Positions 12,821 to 26,199 of a stretch of DNA of 64,000 nt are shown here, piece after piece. Both the position numbers and the translations under genes were made by a program. The notes under the pieces were generated by a model. It did not search any database, had not been told where the DNA came from, and was given only the letters and a program-made list of their open reading frames with translations. Within the stretch, counting starts at the first letter, position 1; each line of letters opens with the position of its first letter. Source of the stretch: Camelus ferus (lineage: Eukaryota); assembly GCF_009834535.1 (NCBI RefSeq), contig NC_045696.1, positions 121,398,001 to 121,462,000 on the forward strand, given 5' to 3'.

Positions 12821-13559
12821 TAACTGAAGTATAGTTGATTTACAATGTTATGTTAGTTTTTGGTGTACAGCATAGTGATTTAGTTATATGCATGTATATC
12901 CTTTTTCATAATCTTTTTCATTATAGTCTATTATAAGCTAATGAATATAGTTCCCTATGCTAAAAAGTAGGATCTTGTTGTTTATCTATTTTATATATAG
13001 TAGTTTATACCTGCTAATCTCAAACTCCTAATTTATCCCTTCCCTCTTGCCTCTTTGGTAACCACAAGTTTGTTTTCTATGTCTGTGAGTCTGTTTTGTA
13101 AAGAAGTCTAATTGTATCATTTTTTAGATTCCACATATAAATGATATCACATGATACTTGTCTTTCTCTGTCTGCCTTACTTCATTTAGTATGATAATCT
13201 CTAGGTCCATCCATGTTGCTGCAAATGGCATTATTTTATTATTTTTTATGGCTGAGTAGTATTCCATTGTCTAAATATACCAAAAGCTTCTTTATCCAGT
13301 CATCTGTCAATGGACATTTAGGATGCTTCCATATCTTGGCTATTGTAAATAGTGCTACTATGAACATTGGGGTTAATGTATTTTTTCAAATTAGAGTCTT
13401 CTTTGGATATATGCCCAGGAGTGGGATGGCTGGATCATACAGTAAGTCTGTTTTTAATTTTTTTAGGAAACTCCATAGTGTTTTCCATAATGGCTGCACC
13501 AAACTACATTCCCACCAACAATGTAGGAGGGTTCCATTTTCTCCACACCTTCTCCAGCA
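12821..13559 (-). mobile_element. L1 3' end (ORF2 C-terminus plus 3' UTR)
   Basis: Reverse complement of L1 3' end; TSD TTAAAATAAAGCA(A/G)TTTT at 12803-12820 and 13560-13577. Confidence 0.92.
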
Positions 13560-13979
13560 TTAAAATAAAGCAGTTTTAACCTAGAATCTTATTCAAGAAA
13601 GTCAAATAATGATACACCACTGTGTGCCAGTGTAACTCTTTTAAAAAATGATCTTGTAATATATATCAAAAGCCTTAAAATACTTCATTATCTGGATTCA
13701 GAAACAACCCTTGTGAGGAAATGTGAGATGTGGACAAGAATAATGTGCAAAGACAAACTCCTTTACTTCGTGTTTTAATGGTGAAAGGTTTTTTTGAAAG
13801 AAAATACTTGCTTTGTAATGGTGAAAATATTGAAAAAGTTCTAAATCTATATTATAGAAGATGGGCTAAATAGTAATGGAATTTTCAGGGTAGTCTTTAA
13901 AGAACATATTTATGGAGACAATATAATACTATGGGAAGATGCTTATAATAGAATGTAAAATTAATTTTAAAATCAGGGT

Positions 13980-14195
13980 ATGTGATTAGACATATATTGT
14001 ACATAGATATTCATTTATTATTTGTTTAATTTACGCTATTTAATATAAATTTAATAAAATGTTGATAAACAGATTTAATTTACATATAGTTATTTATTAT
14101 CTTATGCATTTTATTTTATATATCAATACATTAGGTATCTATTTTATACATTGATATACTTATCTATACATATATTTAATATAATATTGATAGTG
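13980..14195. repeat. AT-rich low-complexity tract within an old L1-like region
   Basis: Almost exclusively A/T with TA/TTTA units. Confidence 0.7.
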
Positions 14196-14224
14196 ATTAT
14201 TCTGAGTGGTGAGGTGATGGGCTA

Positions 14225-14935
14225 CTTTTTTTAAACACCTTTATTGTGGTGTGGTTCCTGTACAGTAAACTACACGTATTTCAGATGTACAATTTGATGA
14301 ATTTTGATAGATGTAGACGCCCATGCAACCACGACCATAATCAAGACAAGCTAACATTTCCATCACTCCCCAAGAGGTGCAATGTTCAATTTCCCAATTT
14401 ATCCCTTCCTACCCCCTTTAACCTCCAGTAGCCATAAGTTTGTTCTCTATGTCTGTGAATCTGTTTCTGTTTTGCAGATAAGTTCATTTGCACACTTTTT
14501 TTTAGATTCCACATATAAGTAGTATTACATGGCTTTTTTTTCTTTCTATTTCTGGTTTACTTCACTCACAATGATGGTCTCCAGGTCCATCTATGTTGCT
14601 GAAAATGGCATTATTTTATTTTTTTTTATGGTTGAATAGCATTCCACTGTACATATATACCACAATTTCCTTATCCAGTCATCTGTTGATGGACATTTAG
14701 GTTGTTTCCATGTCTTGGCTATTGTTTAATAGTGCTGCTATGAACATTGGGGAGCGTGTGTTTTTTTGAATTGTATTTGTCTCCAGATATATGCCCAGGA
14801 GTGGGATTGCTGGATCATATGGTAAGTCTATTTTTAGTTTTTAAAGATTCTCCATAGCGGCTGCACCAATTTACATTCCCACCAACAGTGTAGGATGGTT
14901 CCTTTTTCTCCACACCCTCTCCAGCATTTACTTTT
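14225..14935 (-). mobile_element. Old L1 3' end (~14225-14375) abutting a younger L1 3' fragment (~14385-14935)
   Basis: 'gatgtacaatttgatgaattttgatag' then 'agattccacatataagt...ggctgcaccaatttacattcccaccaacagtg'. Confidence 0.85.
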
Positions 14936-16541
14936 ATTTTTCGCTTTATATTTTTGTCACATATGGAAATGGAATCATGCTTATGTGTAATGTATGTAAA
15001 CACATAATAATATGATAATAGAAAAATATCATGCCTTAAGCGAGGAGACCTGGTGGTTAGTTGCTGTGTTGCCACTAACCAGGTACTCTGGAGGGACTGT
15101 TAAAGCCTCCAGTCCTCAGTACTCACCTGTCAGAGGAGGAGTGGGTTCTGTCATTTCACAGCTTCGGGTAGCTCTATGATTTTACAGATCATTTACCTAG
15201 AATATATGAAGCACTACACGAAGCAACACGAGATGGAAAAGGTGAACCTGTCATGTCCAGTCATGGGAAGCAATCGTGTACAGACACAAACCCACCTAGC
15301 ATGAGGCGGGATTCAGTGGGAGCCGGAGGGCTTAGCAAAGGGGGCGCAGAGACATCTCCCTGAAGGACCTGGCAGAATCAGCCGTATCTCCTCTGCTCCC
15401 AGTTCAGCGGATGTTCTCCTCTATAATTTTCTCAATTGGCTTCCAATTTTATTCCATTAGTCTTTTGAATCATTATTAGTTTTTATTTCAATTTCCTCTG
15501 CAGTGAACCCTGTCAGCAGCCAAAGAGTGACACAGAACCAGTGAATTGGAATCCAAACGAACAAATCGCAGCTCAGTTAACAAATATGTTGGCTCCATGC
15601 CGGCCTCAGTAGGAAACAGCCAGCCAAAATATTTATCAACAGGATTTCAATTCTACAATTTGATTTAAATTTCTGCTCAGCTGAGTATGCGGTACATCTA
15701 GCTGGTTAACTTGAGAATTCTAATCAAAGGATTTTCGAAGTAGCAAGACAAATATTTGTGGGAGCATTCCGTTACCAGCCTCCATATATTCAGACACCAC
15801 CCTGAGTCCCTAGCAGCCCTTTAAGAAGTCCTTTAAGGTGTTGATTCTCTGGCTTTTCACAACCCGCTGGTTGAACATCCCCGCATCCCCAGTGTGGACC
15901 TCTGGAACACAAAGTCTGGCTTGTTAATGACCTGACCTTGGTAGGAAAGGCATGTGGAGTAGTTTTTCCAGTGGTAATGAGACAATCTGGCACGCACACT
16001 GAGGGTGGGGGCTTTGGGTGTGACCAATTATCTGGATGGGCCACCTACTTGTCATCACCATTGGGGCAACTTCTCCAGGAATTGGGTAGCTCCTTTCAAT
16101 CTTTTCTGCAGTCTCCCTCCTGCCTGCCCTCGCAGGCTGCTTCTGAACAGAGCTCTTCCCCAGCTGTCACCACCTCCTAAACAGGAGAAACGCTGTCCTG
16201 CAGTTCCTGCAACTGGGAGCACCTTCAGCAGACTAAGCTCAGGACGGCTAAAAAGGAGCCACGGCTTCTGCAGCGATGAGGGGGTCAAACGGCGTTACGC
16301 AGGGAAGTACCAGGGCTTCCTGATTCAACTCCTGGCTGGGAGAAGAGTACAGGAGATCAATTTTTGGCTCAGATTCCCATTAGAAAGTGACTAGGCCTCC
16401 CAAAGGAGTATAACCTATCCCTCCTTTCACTGCCAAGAGGCAAAGGCATTCCTACATAAGAAGAGAACGTACGGTATTCAGATGTGCACAGGAAGAAAGG
16501 CAAAATTACATCACTCAGCAGGCAGACAGGTCATCCAGCAC

Positions 16542-16700
16542 TGTGATGGACAAGGAGATGCACCACCCAGATCCTCCTTCGTCGAAGGGGTCGCTGTCCC
16601 CGCAGCTGGGAGAGCTGTCAGCAGACGGTCCTCAGGGCCAGCTTCTTTAGGGACCACCTGGGCTGCACAGCCAGCTATTAACTGTGCAGGAGAGGACATC
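16542..16700 (+). mobile_element. LTR16-like (ERVL) LTR 5' fragment
   Basis: 'tgtgatggacaaggagatgcaccacccagatcctccttc...cagctgggag' resembles the LTR16 start as I recall it. Confidence 0.55.
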
Positions 16701-17611
16701 ATGACATCAACCTGAAGGTGGTCTCCTGCTACACTGGGAAGAAAAAAATTCTGCCTGTGCTAGAGAGATACAGAAGCAGACAGACACAGACAGAGACAGG
16801 GGTAGTAAGAGACTGAGAGACAGAGAGAAACCTGCTCCCTGCCTCTCACTTTAGGAACAGTTAGGTTGAAACCCAAGAGGGGTTTGGGGCCTTTTTAGCA
16901 TGCCCCTGGTCAACTTAAGGCTCCCACAATGGGCCAGAAATGAGGGAATAGCATTTTTCAGGAAAGGAGAAGTGTGAGAGAGTACGTTTCAGTTTCCCAG
17001 CACCTACATGTAGTTTGCAGAGATTTCTACAGAAAATGAGAATGGGTCCAAAGGGCCAAGAGGCTGAAAGAAACCTAAAACTGGGATGGAGAGGGACAGA
17101 GAGAACGTCAACAGGACCATGGCCATCAGCAGGTGTGGGAGCTCCACCAATGTCCCAGGGAATCCACTTCCAAGAGCACTCAGTATAGTGAACACAGACA
17201 TCCACTCCACAGGTGACCAGCAGAAATCCAGGTGACTGCACAATGAACCAGACTCCCATCCTCTGATACCAGGTAGCTACCATGTGGGCCCCTCTGAACC
17301 AGGGTGCCATACTGGAAAGGGGACAGGAAGAGGAGACTCTTTGAGAGTGGAGAATCGTCCTGGACAGGAAGTCTGAATTTTGGACTGACTGTATTTAAAT
17401 CCTCAGTTGTCTATTTACATAAAAATGATGATGTTATAACCTGGCTGAGACTGCTGTGAACCAGAAATGACAAAATTACCCGCAGCAGGCAGATTTAGGG
17501 TCATTCCCACCACTGTCACACAGACATGAGGGTTCAGTTGTAAGTCGTGTTCTGCTGTAGAAAAATAAAGTCATATCTTTTCACATCTGAGGTGTCACTG
17601 AAAACTTTGAG

Positions 17612-18175
17612 CCATCGACAGATGACTGGATAAAGAAACTGTGATATATTTATACAATGGAATACTACTCAGCCATAAAAATGAATAAAATAATGCCATT
17701 TGCAGCAACAAGGATGGACCTGGAGATTGTCATTCTAAGTGAAGTAAGCCAGAAATAGAAAGAAAAATACCATATGATATCACTCATATGTGGAATGCAA
17801 AAAAAAAAAAAAAAAAAACAGAAAAGAAAAAAGAGAACACTATTGAATTCATCTACAAAACAGAAACAGGACTCACAGACATAGTAAACAATCTTATGGT
17901 TACTGGGCAAAGGGGGTGGGAAGGGGTAAATATGGGAGTTTGAGATTTGCAAAGTTTAACCGCTATATATTAAAAATATATTTAAAAAGAAATTTCTTCT
18001 GTAGAGCACAGGGAACTATATTCAATATCTTGTAATAACCTTTAATGAAAAAGAATATGAAAACAAATATATGTATGTATCTCCATCACTGGGACATGAT
18101 GCTGTACACCAGAAATTGATACACTGTAACTGACTATATTTCAATAATAAAATAACTAATTAATTAATTTTTAAA
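17612..18175 (+). mobile_element. Young camelid-type L1 3' end
   Basis: 'gatgactggataaagaa...atttgcagcaac...agcacagggaactatattcaatatc...actgactatatttcaat' plus A-rich tail. Confidence 0.92.
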
Positions 18176-19707
18176 AAGTAACATGAAACACTTGATTCCA
18201 CCACAAACACATCTGACAAGTGCCCATGGTGCAAAGAACCAGAGGCAAGGCACAATATTTACAACTAGGCAAACATGGCATGTGAGAACAAAGCACAAGC
18301 TCGGTGAGCTGAGTCCCATGTGGCTGGCTTTAGCCCCAGGTCTCACCCCTTCCCCCATGGGCAACTAGTACCTTGGGCTGTATTTAACCACCTCTGCATC
18401 TCAAGTTGCCTGCTAATAAAAAATAAGTAAAATCCAATAATATGAATTTTAAAACATAGGGGAAAAGTGAAATAATAATTACACTCAAAGAAAAACAAAT
18501 CTTTTTTCCACCACCCCCATCTCTGTATACCAGGCTCAATATGACTCAGAGATTTCCTGGAATGGGGAGGGGGTGCAAGTGGAGAGCTGGAGCAGAAGTC
18601 CAGAAAATCTGCAAGTTATTTACACAGAAACTGGGAGAGGGGGGCAGGGCTTGCTATCTGAATTACACGTGCTTCTGCTTTATCAAATCCACTCCTCCCA
18701 CATGTGTATTATAGGAATTGTCATCTCTTATTTACACACCACCGGGTGCAGGGCACTGCTCAAATAAAGAGGGCCAGGTGATACAGTGCACACAGAAAGG
18801 AGTGTTTACACTGTAAGTCTGAGTATTTATTAATCAGTTCAATACAATGTAGATACATTTTTTAAAGATAAAGTAATACGTCTTGACAATGTTCAGAATG
18901 AAGTTATTTCCTCTCCTTTTATTCAGCAGGTTATCTGGACAGGCAGACCATTTCTAAACAGTAGCTCAAAATTTTGCACTAGTTGTAGTTTTCTTATCAC
19001 TCTGAGCCTCATTGTGCTCCTGTGCAAAACGGGGAGGAGACCTCCCTTCCAGGGCTGCTGCAAAGATGCACTGAATGTTGTACGCGTAGCACTGGCTATG
19101 AGTCTAGTACACTGCAAGGGCCTTGCCCCCGACATCCCTGGTCACTGGTGTCACCCTCTTGTCCTGGTTTCCCCAGTATGTACTGTTAGAGAAGACCCAG
19201 GGACTTTATACCATGAAGCCATTACAATAGCCTGGTTTCTCCTTCCCTGACCTGGTCTGAGTATGCTCTTAACACACACGGAAAATGTTCCTGGAATAGA
19301 GCCTCGGGAAGACGTGGAAACCTGGGGGAAAAGGGAGCAGCAAAGGAGTGACATGTAAATGTGGGCAGGAAATTGTTAAAAGAAACTTCTTTTCCCTCCA
19401 TTTCCTTATCTTTGGTTACCACCTCTGCACACACACATCCACCTCCATCCCTGTCTTGGCCCCAGTTTGTGTTCTAGATTCAGCATCTAAAGATGTCTGC
19501 TTACTTCCTGAGGTCTCTGCTTTTGACACACGTCTGTTAGACAGATAAAAACCAACTCTTTCCCCTATAAATGATCCCAAGAATCTCTGTATGTTCCATG
19601 TATGTCATGTTTCCATTACTTATTTTAAATCTACTGTATCTACCAAACTGTAACTCCTTGAAGTTAAGCTGATATTGTAACAAAATAATTATTAACATGT
19701 TATTATT

Positions 19708-19960
19708 GGGGGGTGAGGGTATAGCTCAGTGGTAGAGTGCATGCTTAGCACACACAAGGTCCTGGGTTCAACCCCCAGTACCTCCATTTAAAAAATTTTT
19801 AAAGCAAACAAACCTAAATACCTCCCCCCAAAAAATTTTTTTTCAAAAATAAAAGAATGATCATTCTGGGTCCTGGATTCATTTCCCAGTACTTCCATTT
19901 AAAAATCATCATCATCATCATCATCATCAAAAATTAACAAAAAGAAAATACTGGAAAAAA
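19708..19960 (+). mobile_element. Vic-1-like tRNA-Ala SINE with a second partial SINE and (CAT)n in its tail
   Basis: 'gggtatagctcagtggtagagtgcatgcttagcacacacaaggtcctgggttcaacccccagtacctcca' with A and B boxes; flanking ATGTTATT at 19697 and 19963. Confidence 0.9.
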
Positions 19961-20701
19961 CGATGTTATTTTGTTTACTCTATGTCAGGCAAATAGTTTT
20001 AATAGATATGATCTCTTACAATATTCACACAGCCACTGGTTTCAGTACTATTATTACTCCCCTTTTTACCAACATCTCAATGGAGGGATGACAGAGGATT
20101 GAAGTTCATGTGTCTATGAAAGAAAAGAAGGCATATTTGAGTCCAGGCTGTCAACTCAGGAGCTAAGCTGTCAAGACTGTGCTCTGATGTCAGTATCTCA
20201 AGGCTCCTCCACACCAGAGTCCCTCATCATGCCTGGCATAGGACAGACACTCAGTTGATGCTTGTTGTCTGATTTCAACCTCAGGGACATGGACGAGACA
20301 GAACATGGAAAATATAATCAATTTCTCTCCCATGCTTTACTGACGAACTTACATGGATAACCATGTTGATCTTTCCAGGCACAGCCTTGCTCTTTCTCTT
20401 TTAAAGTCCTTCAGAATGGCTCTCACATGACACTAAGGCATAGCCTCTACACTGTACAAGCCACCATGCTTGGAAAAGTGAAATTGCTGTGAGCTATGAA
20501 TTTTATTGTATCTGCTCCTCCCAGTTTATACACTCATTGTTTAGTAATAATCACTTTCCTTATTGTTTCTTTCATACCACCTGTCAACATCCGGTGAGAT
20601 AAAAAGATAATAGGGGGAAATAGCTACCAGAAAAAGAAAAATAGACTCTTTCAAAGTTTTGATTCCACCTACATATTTTTACTGGATTTAAGACTTGCTG
20701 A

Positions 20702-20821
20702 GGGGGGAGGGTATAGCGTAAGTGGTAGAGCACATGCTTAGCATGCATGAGATCCTGGATTCAATCCCCAGTACCTCCTCTAAAAATAAATAAACCTAAT
20801 TACCCTCCTCCCAAAAAAAAA
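20702..20821 (+). mobile_element. Vic-1-like tRNA-Ala SINE, full length
   Basis: 'ggggagggtatagcgtaagtggtagagcacatgcttagcatgcatgagatcctggattcaatccccagtacctcc', tail 'aaacctaattaccc', TSD ACTTGCTGA. Confidence 0.92.
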
Positions 20822-20899
20822 ACTTGCTGAAAAGCTTTAGCAGTAATTTAAATATTGCCTCCTCACTACATATGAACATAACACTATCACAACCATCAC

Positions 20900-21120
20900 C
20901 ATCATCAGCTTATACTGAGTATGAATTCTATGCCAAGCACTACGTTCAGCCATTTAAATACATTAACCTACTTAATTTCACAACAATCCTATGACATATT
21001 AACTTCATTTCACAATGAGAAAACTGAGATTTAAGAGAGATAATTTTCTTATCTGAGGTCCCATCCACGCAGCAGACCCAGCGTTCTCTGACATCAGAGA
21101 TTTTGCTCTTTACCATGGAG
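20900..21120 (-). mobile_element. MIR SINE
   Basis: 'cttaatttcacaacaatcctatga...catttcacaatgagaaaactgag'. Confidence 0.75.
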
Positions 21121-21729
21121 TCTTGCCTTGCAAAGGTTATACTGCCCCTCACTTAACCATAGTCAAATCCTCTGAAAGCTAAAGTTAACTGTAATACAAT
21201 TCCACTAATCTGCTTAACTTTGTCATGAGAAACATGCCGTATCTTTAAGAATCCACAATCCAGAAGGCACAGAGAAGGAACATAGGTCCAAGGTAGTTAA
21301 AATATGTCTAAGAGTATTTTTCTGCTACTTTCACGTACTTCCCTTAACATAGTAGGTGCTTAATAAGTATGCTGATTGAATGATGAATAAATGAATAATC
21401 AATCAATGAAACAGTAACTTGAGCAGACATGAAACTGTCCCTATCTTTCTTGCTCAATGACTGTAGATATTATTCAGTTTCTCCTCTGGTATTTAATGTG
21501 GCAGAAACTGGACACTAGCTTGATTTTGGCTCCCTTTAGGATATTTTTTAATTCCTGGATGTTTATAGGCTTTGTATTTTTGCTTTGTGAGAAAAATTTA
21601 GTCACAATGAGTTGAGGAGTGAATCTTTCTCCATTATTTTTTATTGAAATGGGATAAACCTTTTCAGTTTGCATCCTTGATTCTATTCTCATTTCTGGAA
21701 AGTTAACTGGAATTAAATCAAGCACCTGC

Positions 21730-21925
21730 AGCCTGATAGCATAGAGGTCAATAACACAGGCATTAAAGGCAGACTGCCTAAATTCTAATTTTCATGAGCC
21801 GTGAAATTTTGGGCAAAGCACTTAACCTTTCCGTGCCTATTTCCCATATGTAAGATGTACTTAGCTAATGGAGTTATTACGTGTTAACACATGTAAATCA
21901 CTTAGAATTGCTTGGCAGTAAGTAT
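21730..21925 (+). mobile_element. MIR SINE
   Basis: 'agcatagaggtcaataacacaggc...gggcaaagcacttaacctttccgtgcct'. Confidence 0.75.
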
Positions 21926-22714
21926 ATATTCTTCAAGAACATCTAGTATAATTTCCAGGGTCCAAGAGGCATTCTTTCAGCACAGATCCTTTGGAATGAG
22001 CTAATATCTTCCCTCCAGACTGCCTAGACTTCCAACTCTCTAGATGGAACAAATCAACAAAGATCCATTCCCCTGCCCCGCCCCACCCAGTCAGCTTTCA
22101 GTTATTGGGTTGTACTGTCAGAACTCTATCCCTAAGAACCCTCTGCCTCACTCTCCAGTTTCCGCATACAGCCCTCCTCCCCTTGGGAAAACCTGCCTCA
22201 GAAGAGATGGAGTAAGAGGTGCCAAGGGCTTGTCCTTACTCAGGAGGTGGAAAAAGGCGAGGAATCAGACTAGAATTCACTAGGAACATTTACAGAAGGT
22301 GTGGTAGGACAGAATAAACTGGCTGCTTCCTGAACTCATCCACACAGTAAAAAGCTGTTCAGTCTTCTGCCCGGTTCAGACCCTGGTAAGGAAGTCTTAC
22401 TCCTTTCACCCTGGGGAATGGCTTCAGAGGGCAGGCTGCCTACTGAGATTCTCAGTTCAGCTCCAGGAGATTTGAAGCATGTGAAAATTCCTCTAGAGCG
22501 ATATTCTTTTCAATGTATGGAAGTGTTGTAGATTTTCTCTTGTGCTTTTAGTGATACTGTTGCACAGAGTTACCACAAGCTGTGTCATTTTTATTTTAGA
22601 TGACTTACTATATTTTTACCCTTCTTAAGCAATTTGATTCTAGCCTTTGGGGTCCAGCCTTGTCTCTGCACTGAATCCCCAGATTTTGACCCATTTATGT
22701 TCACATCTTCCCTA

Positions 22715-23030
22715 CTCCAGTTACTATGCTGTGTAACAAACATCCCGAACTTAGTGGTGTAAAGCCACTATTCTATAACATGCTCATGGACTCTCTGAGT
22801 TCCTCACAGCATGATGGCTGGGTTTCAGGAAGAAGCATCACCCCCAAACCAAGCAGAAGTGGTATTTCCTTCCATGTTCCAGACTGAGATATGCATCATA
22901 TTCACCTCAGTCACAAGTCTGTGCAGATCCCACACCCTGAAGGGAGGGAAGTCAAAGTCTGATTATAGCAAGAGCATGAGGAAGGGGCATATTTTTGCAG
23001 TCATCGTTGGAAGGCACAATCTTGCTACAC
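22715..23030 (-). mobile_element. MaLR MLT1-type LTR fragment
   Basis: 'cagttactatgctgtgtaacaaacatcccgaacttagtgg' is the reverse complement of an MLT1 3' end. Confidence 0.65.
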
Positions 23031-23754
23031 CTCCCAGACTCTTAATTTGGTACCGTGTTCCCTGTCAGGTGTGATATCATCCAGTCACCTGCCCCTCACA
23101 GGTGTGCTCCTGCCATTCCTGTTCTGGACACTGGTACCCTGAGGGTTCTGTCTCATCCCCCCACCCCGTCCCCAATGGCTGTGTCTGGGTTCAGGTGCCC
23201 ACCTGGGCTTGGTTTTGGTCATCACTGCTATTTTCACTCAGTGTTAGTTCTGTCTGATGTAAGTTTTACATATATGCCCTGCACCTCTACCTCTCCTCCA
23301 AGTAAGAAGCAAATTCCATGTATTTCATCATTAGTCATAATTAGTATTACTAGTTTCAAAAAACTAATCTTCTTAATGATTCATTTTTTTGCAATTCTGG
23401 ACATATGGGATTAAGTACAACTGAATGTATTGCTGACCCTGTATATTCAGAGAGTAAATCTGACTATTTTCTGACTCAAGACAGAACTGGAAGAGAATCA
23501 TAGATCAGCAGAGATTGAATTCAAAGCTACTGTTAATTGCGTTAAATACCAGAGCAATAGGATTTCACTCAAACCCCACACACTGTTGTTTGTCCAGGTG
23601 GGTACACTGAGTGTTATGAGCCAGCACAGAAATATAGATATTATACATCCACTTTGGAGACCTGAAAGTTTAAAAAATCCACTATTTCAATAGTGTACCA
23701 AAAAAATCAAACGGAGAGAGAAAACAGATGTTAACTAAAGCAGATGGGCTATTA

Positions 23755-25989
23755 GATCAAGTTGGATTTATCCCGGGGTCACAAGAATGATTCAACATAT
23801 GCAAATCAATCAAGGAGACACACCACATCAACAACAGAAAAGTCAGAATCCTGATCTATGATCATCTCAATAGATGCAGAAAAAGCATTTGATAAAATTC
23901 AACATCTATTCATGATAAAAACTCTCACCGAAGTGGGTATACTGGAAACATACCTTAATGTAATAAAGGCTATTTATAACAAACTCATAGCCAATACGAT
24001 ACTCAATAGTGAAAAGCTGAAAATTTTCCCACTAAAATCTGGAACAAGACAAAGATGTCCAGTCTTAACCACGTTTATTCAAATAGCAGTGGAAGTCCTA
24101 GCCACAGCAATCAGGTAAGAAAAAGAAATAAAAGGGTTTCTTCTTGGAAGGAATTTCCAAATTCAAATTGGAAGCAAAGAAGTAAAAATTGTCATTATAT
24201 GCAGATACATGATACTCTACATAGAAACCACTAAAGACTCCACACAAAAACTATTAGTACTGATAAAGGAATTCAGCAAGGTAGCAGGATATAAGATTAA
24301 CATACAGAAATCGGTTGTATTCCTTTACACTAACAATGAAATATCAGAAAAGGAAAGTAAAAAAACCAATGCCTTTTAAAATTGTGTCAAAAAAATACCT
24401 AGGAATAAACCTTACCAAAGAGGTGAAAGACTTATACACTAAGAATTATAAAACACTGATAAAGGAAATTGAAGAGGATTAAAAGAAATGGAAAACTATC
24501 CCATGCTCTTGGATTGGAAGAATTAATATTGTTAAGATGGCTGTACTATCCAAAGCAATCTACAGATATAATGCAGTCCCTATCAAATTATCCAGGATAT
24601 TCTTCAAGGTATACATTTGTATATACAGAGGTAGAACAAATAATCCTAAAACTTATATGCAACCACAAAAGGTCCAGAATTTCCAAAGTAATACTGAGGA
24701 AAAAGAACAAAACCAGAGGCTGTAACACTTGTGGGCTTCAGACAATACAACAAAGCTACAGTCATCAAAACAGTATGGCATCAGCACAAACCAGACATAT
24801 GGATCAATGGAACAGCATAGAGGGTCCAGAAATAAACCCATACACCTATGGTCAATTAATATTCAACAGGGAGGGAGGGAATAAAAGCAAGAATAAACAA
24901 ATAGGATCTAATTAAACTTACAAGCTTTTGCACAGCAAAGGAAACTATAAACAAAACAAAAACGTACAGAATGAGAGAAAATATTTGCAAATGATGTGAC
25001 TGACAGGGATTAATTTCCAGAATATCCAAAGAGCTCATACAACTCAATAACAGAAAAAAAAAACCAATCCAAAAATGAGCAGAAGACCTAAACAAACATT
25101 TCTCTAATGAAGACATTCAAATGGCCAACAGACACACGAAAAAATGCTCAATATCATTAACTATTAGACAAATACAAATCAAAACTACAGTGAAGTATCA
25201 TCTCACATCAGTCAGAATGGCCATATTCAAAAGTCCACAAACAATAAATGATGGAGTGGGTGTGGAGAAAAGGGAACTCTCCTACACTGTTGGTGGGAAT
25301 GTAGTTTGGTGCAGCCACTATGGAAAAAAAGTGTGGAGATTCTTTAAAAACAGACTTACCCTAGGGTCCAGAAATTCCACTCCTGGGCATATATCCAGAG
25401 GGAACTCTAATTTGAAAAGATACACACACCCCAAAGTTCACAGCAGCACTATTTACAATAGCCAAGACATGGAAACAACCTAAACGTCCATCAACAGCTG
25501 ACTGGATAAAGAAGCTGTGGTGTATTTCTACAATGGAATACTACTCAGTCATTAAAAATAATGGAATAATGCCATTTGCAGCAACATGGATGGAACTGGA
25601 GACTGTCATACTAAGTGAAGTAAGCCAGAAAGAGAAAGAAAAATACCATATGATATCACACATATGTGGAATCTAAAAAAATGAGACAAATGAACTTATT
25701 TACAAAACAGAAACAGACTCACAGACATAGAAAACAAACTGATGATTACCAAAGGCAGGGAGGGATAAATTAGGATTTAGAATTAATAAATATATACTAC
25801 TATATATATAATATATTAACAACAAGGACCTACTTTATAAAATAGCACAGGAAACTATATTTAGTATCCTGTAATAACTTATAATGGAACAGAACCTGAA
25901 AAAGAATAAATACATATATCTGAATCACTTAGTTGTACACCTGAAACTAACACAACATTATAAATTAACTATATTTCAATTAAAAGAAG
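23755..25989 (+). mobile_element. 5'-truncated L1, ~2.2 kb (ORF2 RT to 3' UTR), frameshifted and internally deleted
   Basis: ORF 23858..24118 [15 protein letters not shown] is the L1 RT motif; later ORF2 pieces; 3' UTR; 33-bp flanking direct repeat. Confidence 0.95.
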
Positions 25990-26199
25990 AAACAGATGTT
26001 AAGTTCAGCAGATGGGCTATTAAACAAGTTGTAAGGGAGAAAATGGTAACCATGGATTTAAAAACTTTTTCTCACTTGATTTTGAAGACTACTTTGAATA
26101 TACCAACAAGAATAAAGGGAAAAAGTCAAAACTTCCCATTTGCTCATAACCTAGAGAGAAACAGTATGTATCTTCCAGGGAATTTTTCCAGTAATTTTG

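Noticed and set aside
16482..16715. Overlapping GC-rich ORFs
   Set aside because: They coincide with an LTR16-like fragment
19715..19787. tRNA-Ala-like sequence (also 20702 and 63931)
   Set aside because: Mutated stems, a SINE-specific tail and TSDs show these are tRNA-derived SINEs, not tRNA genes
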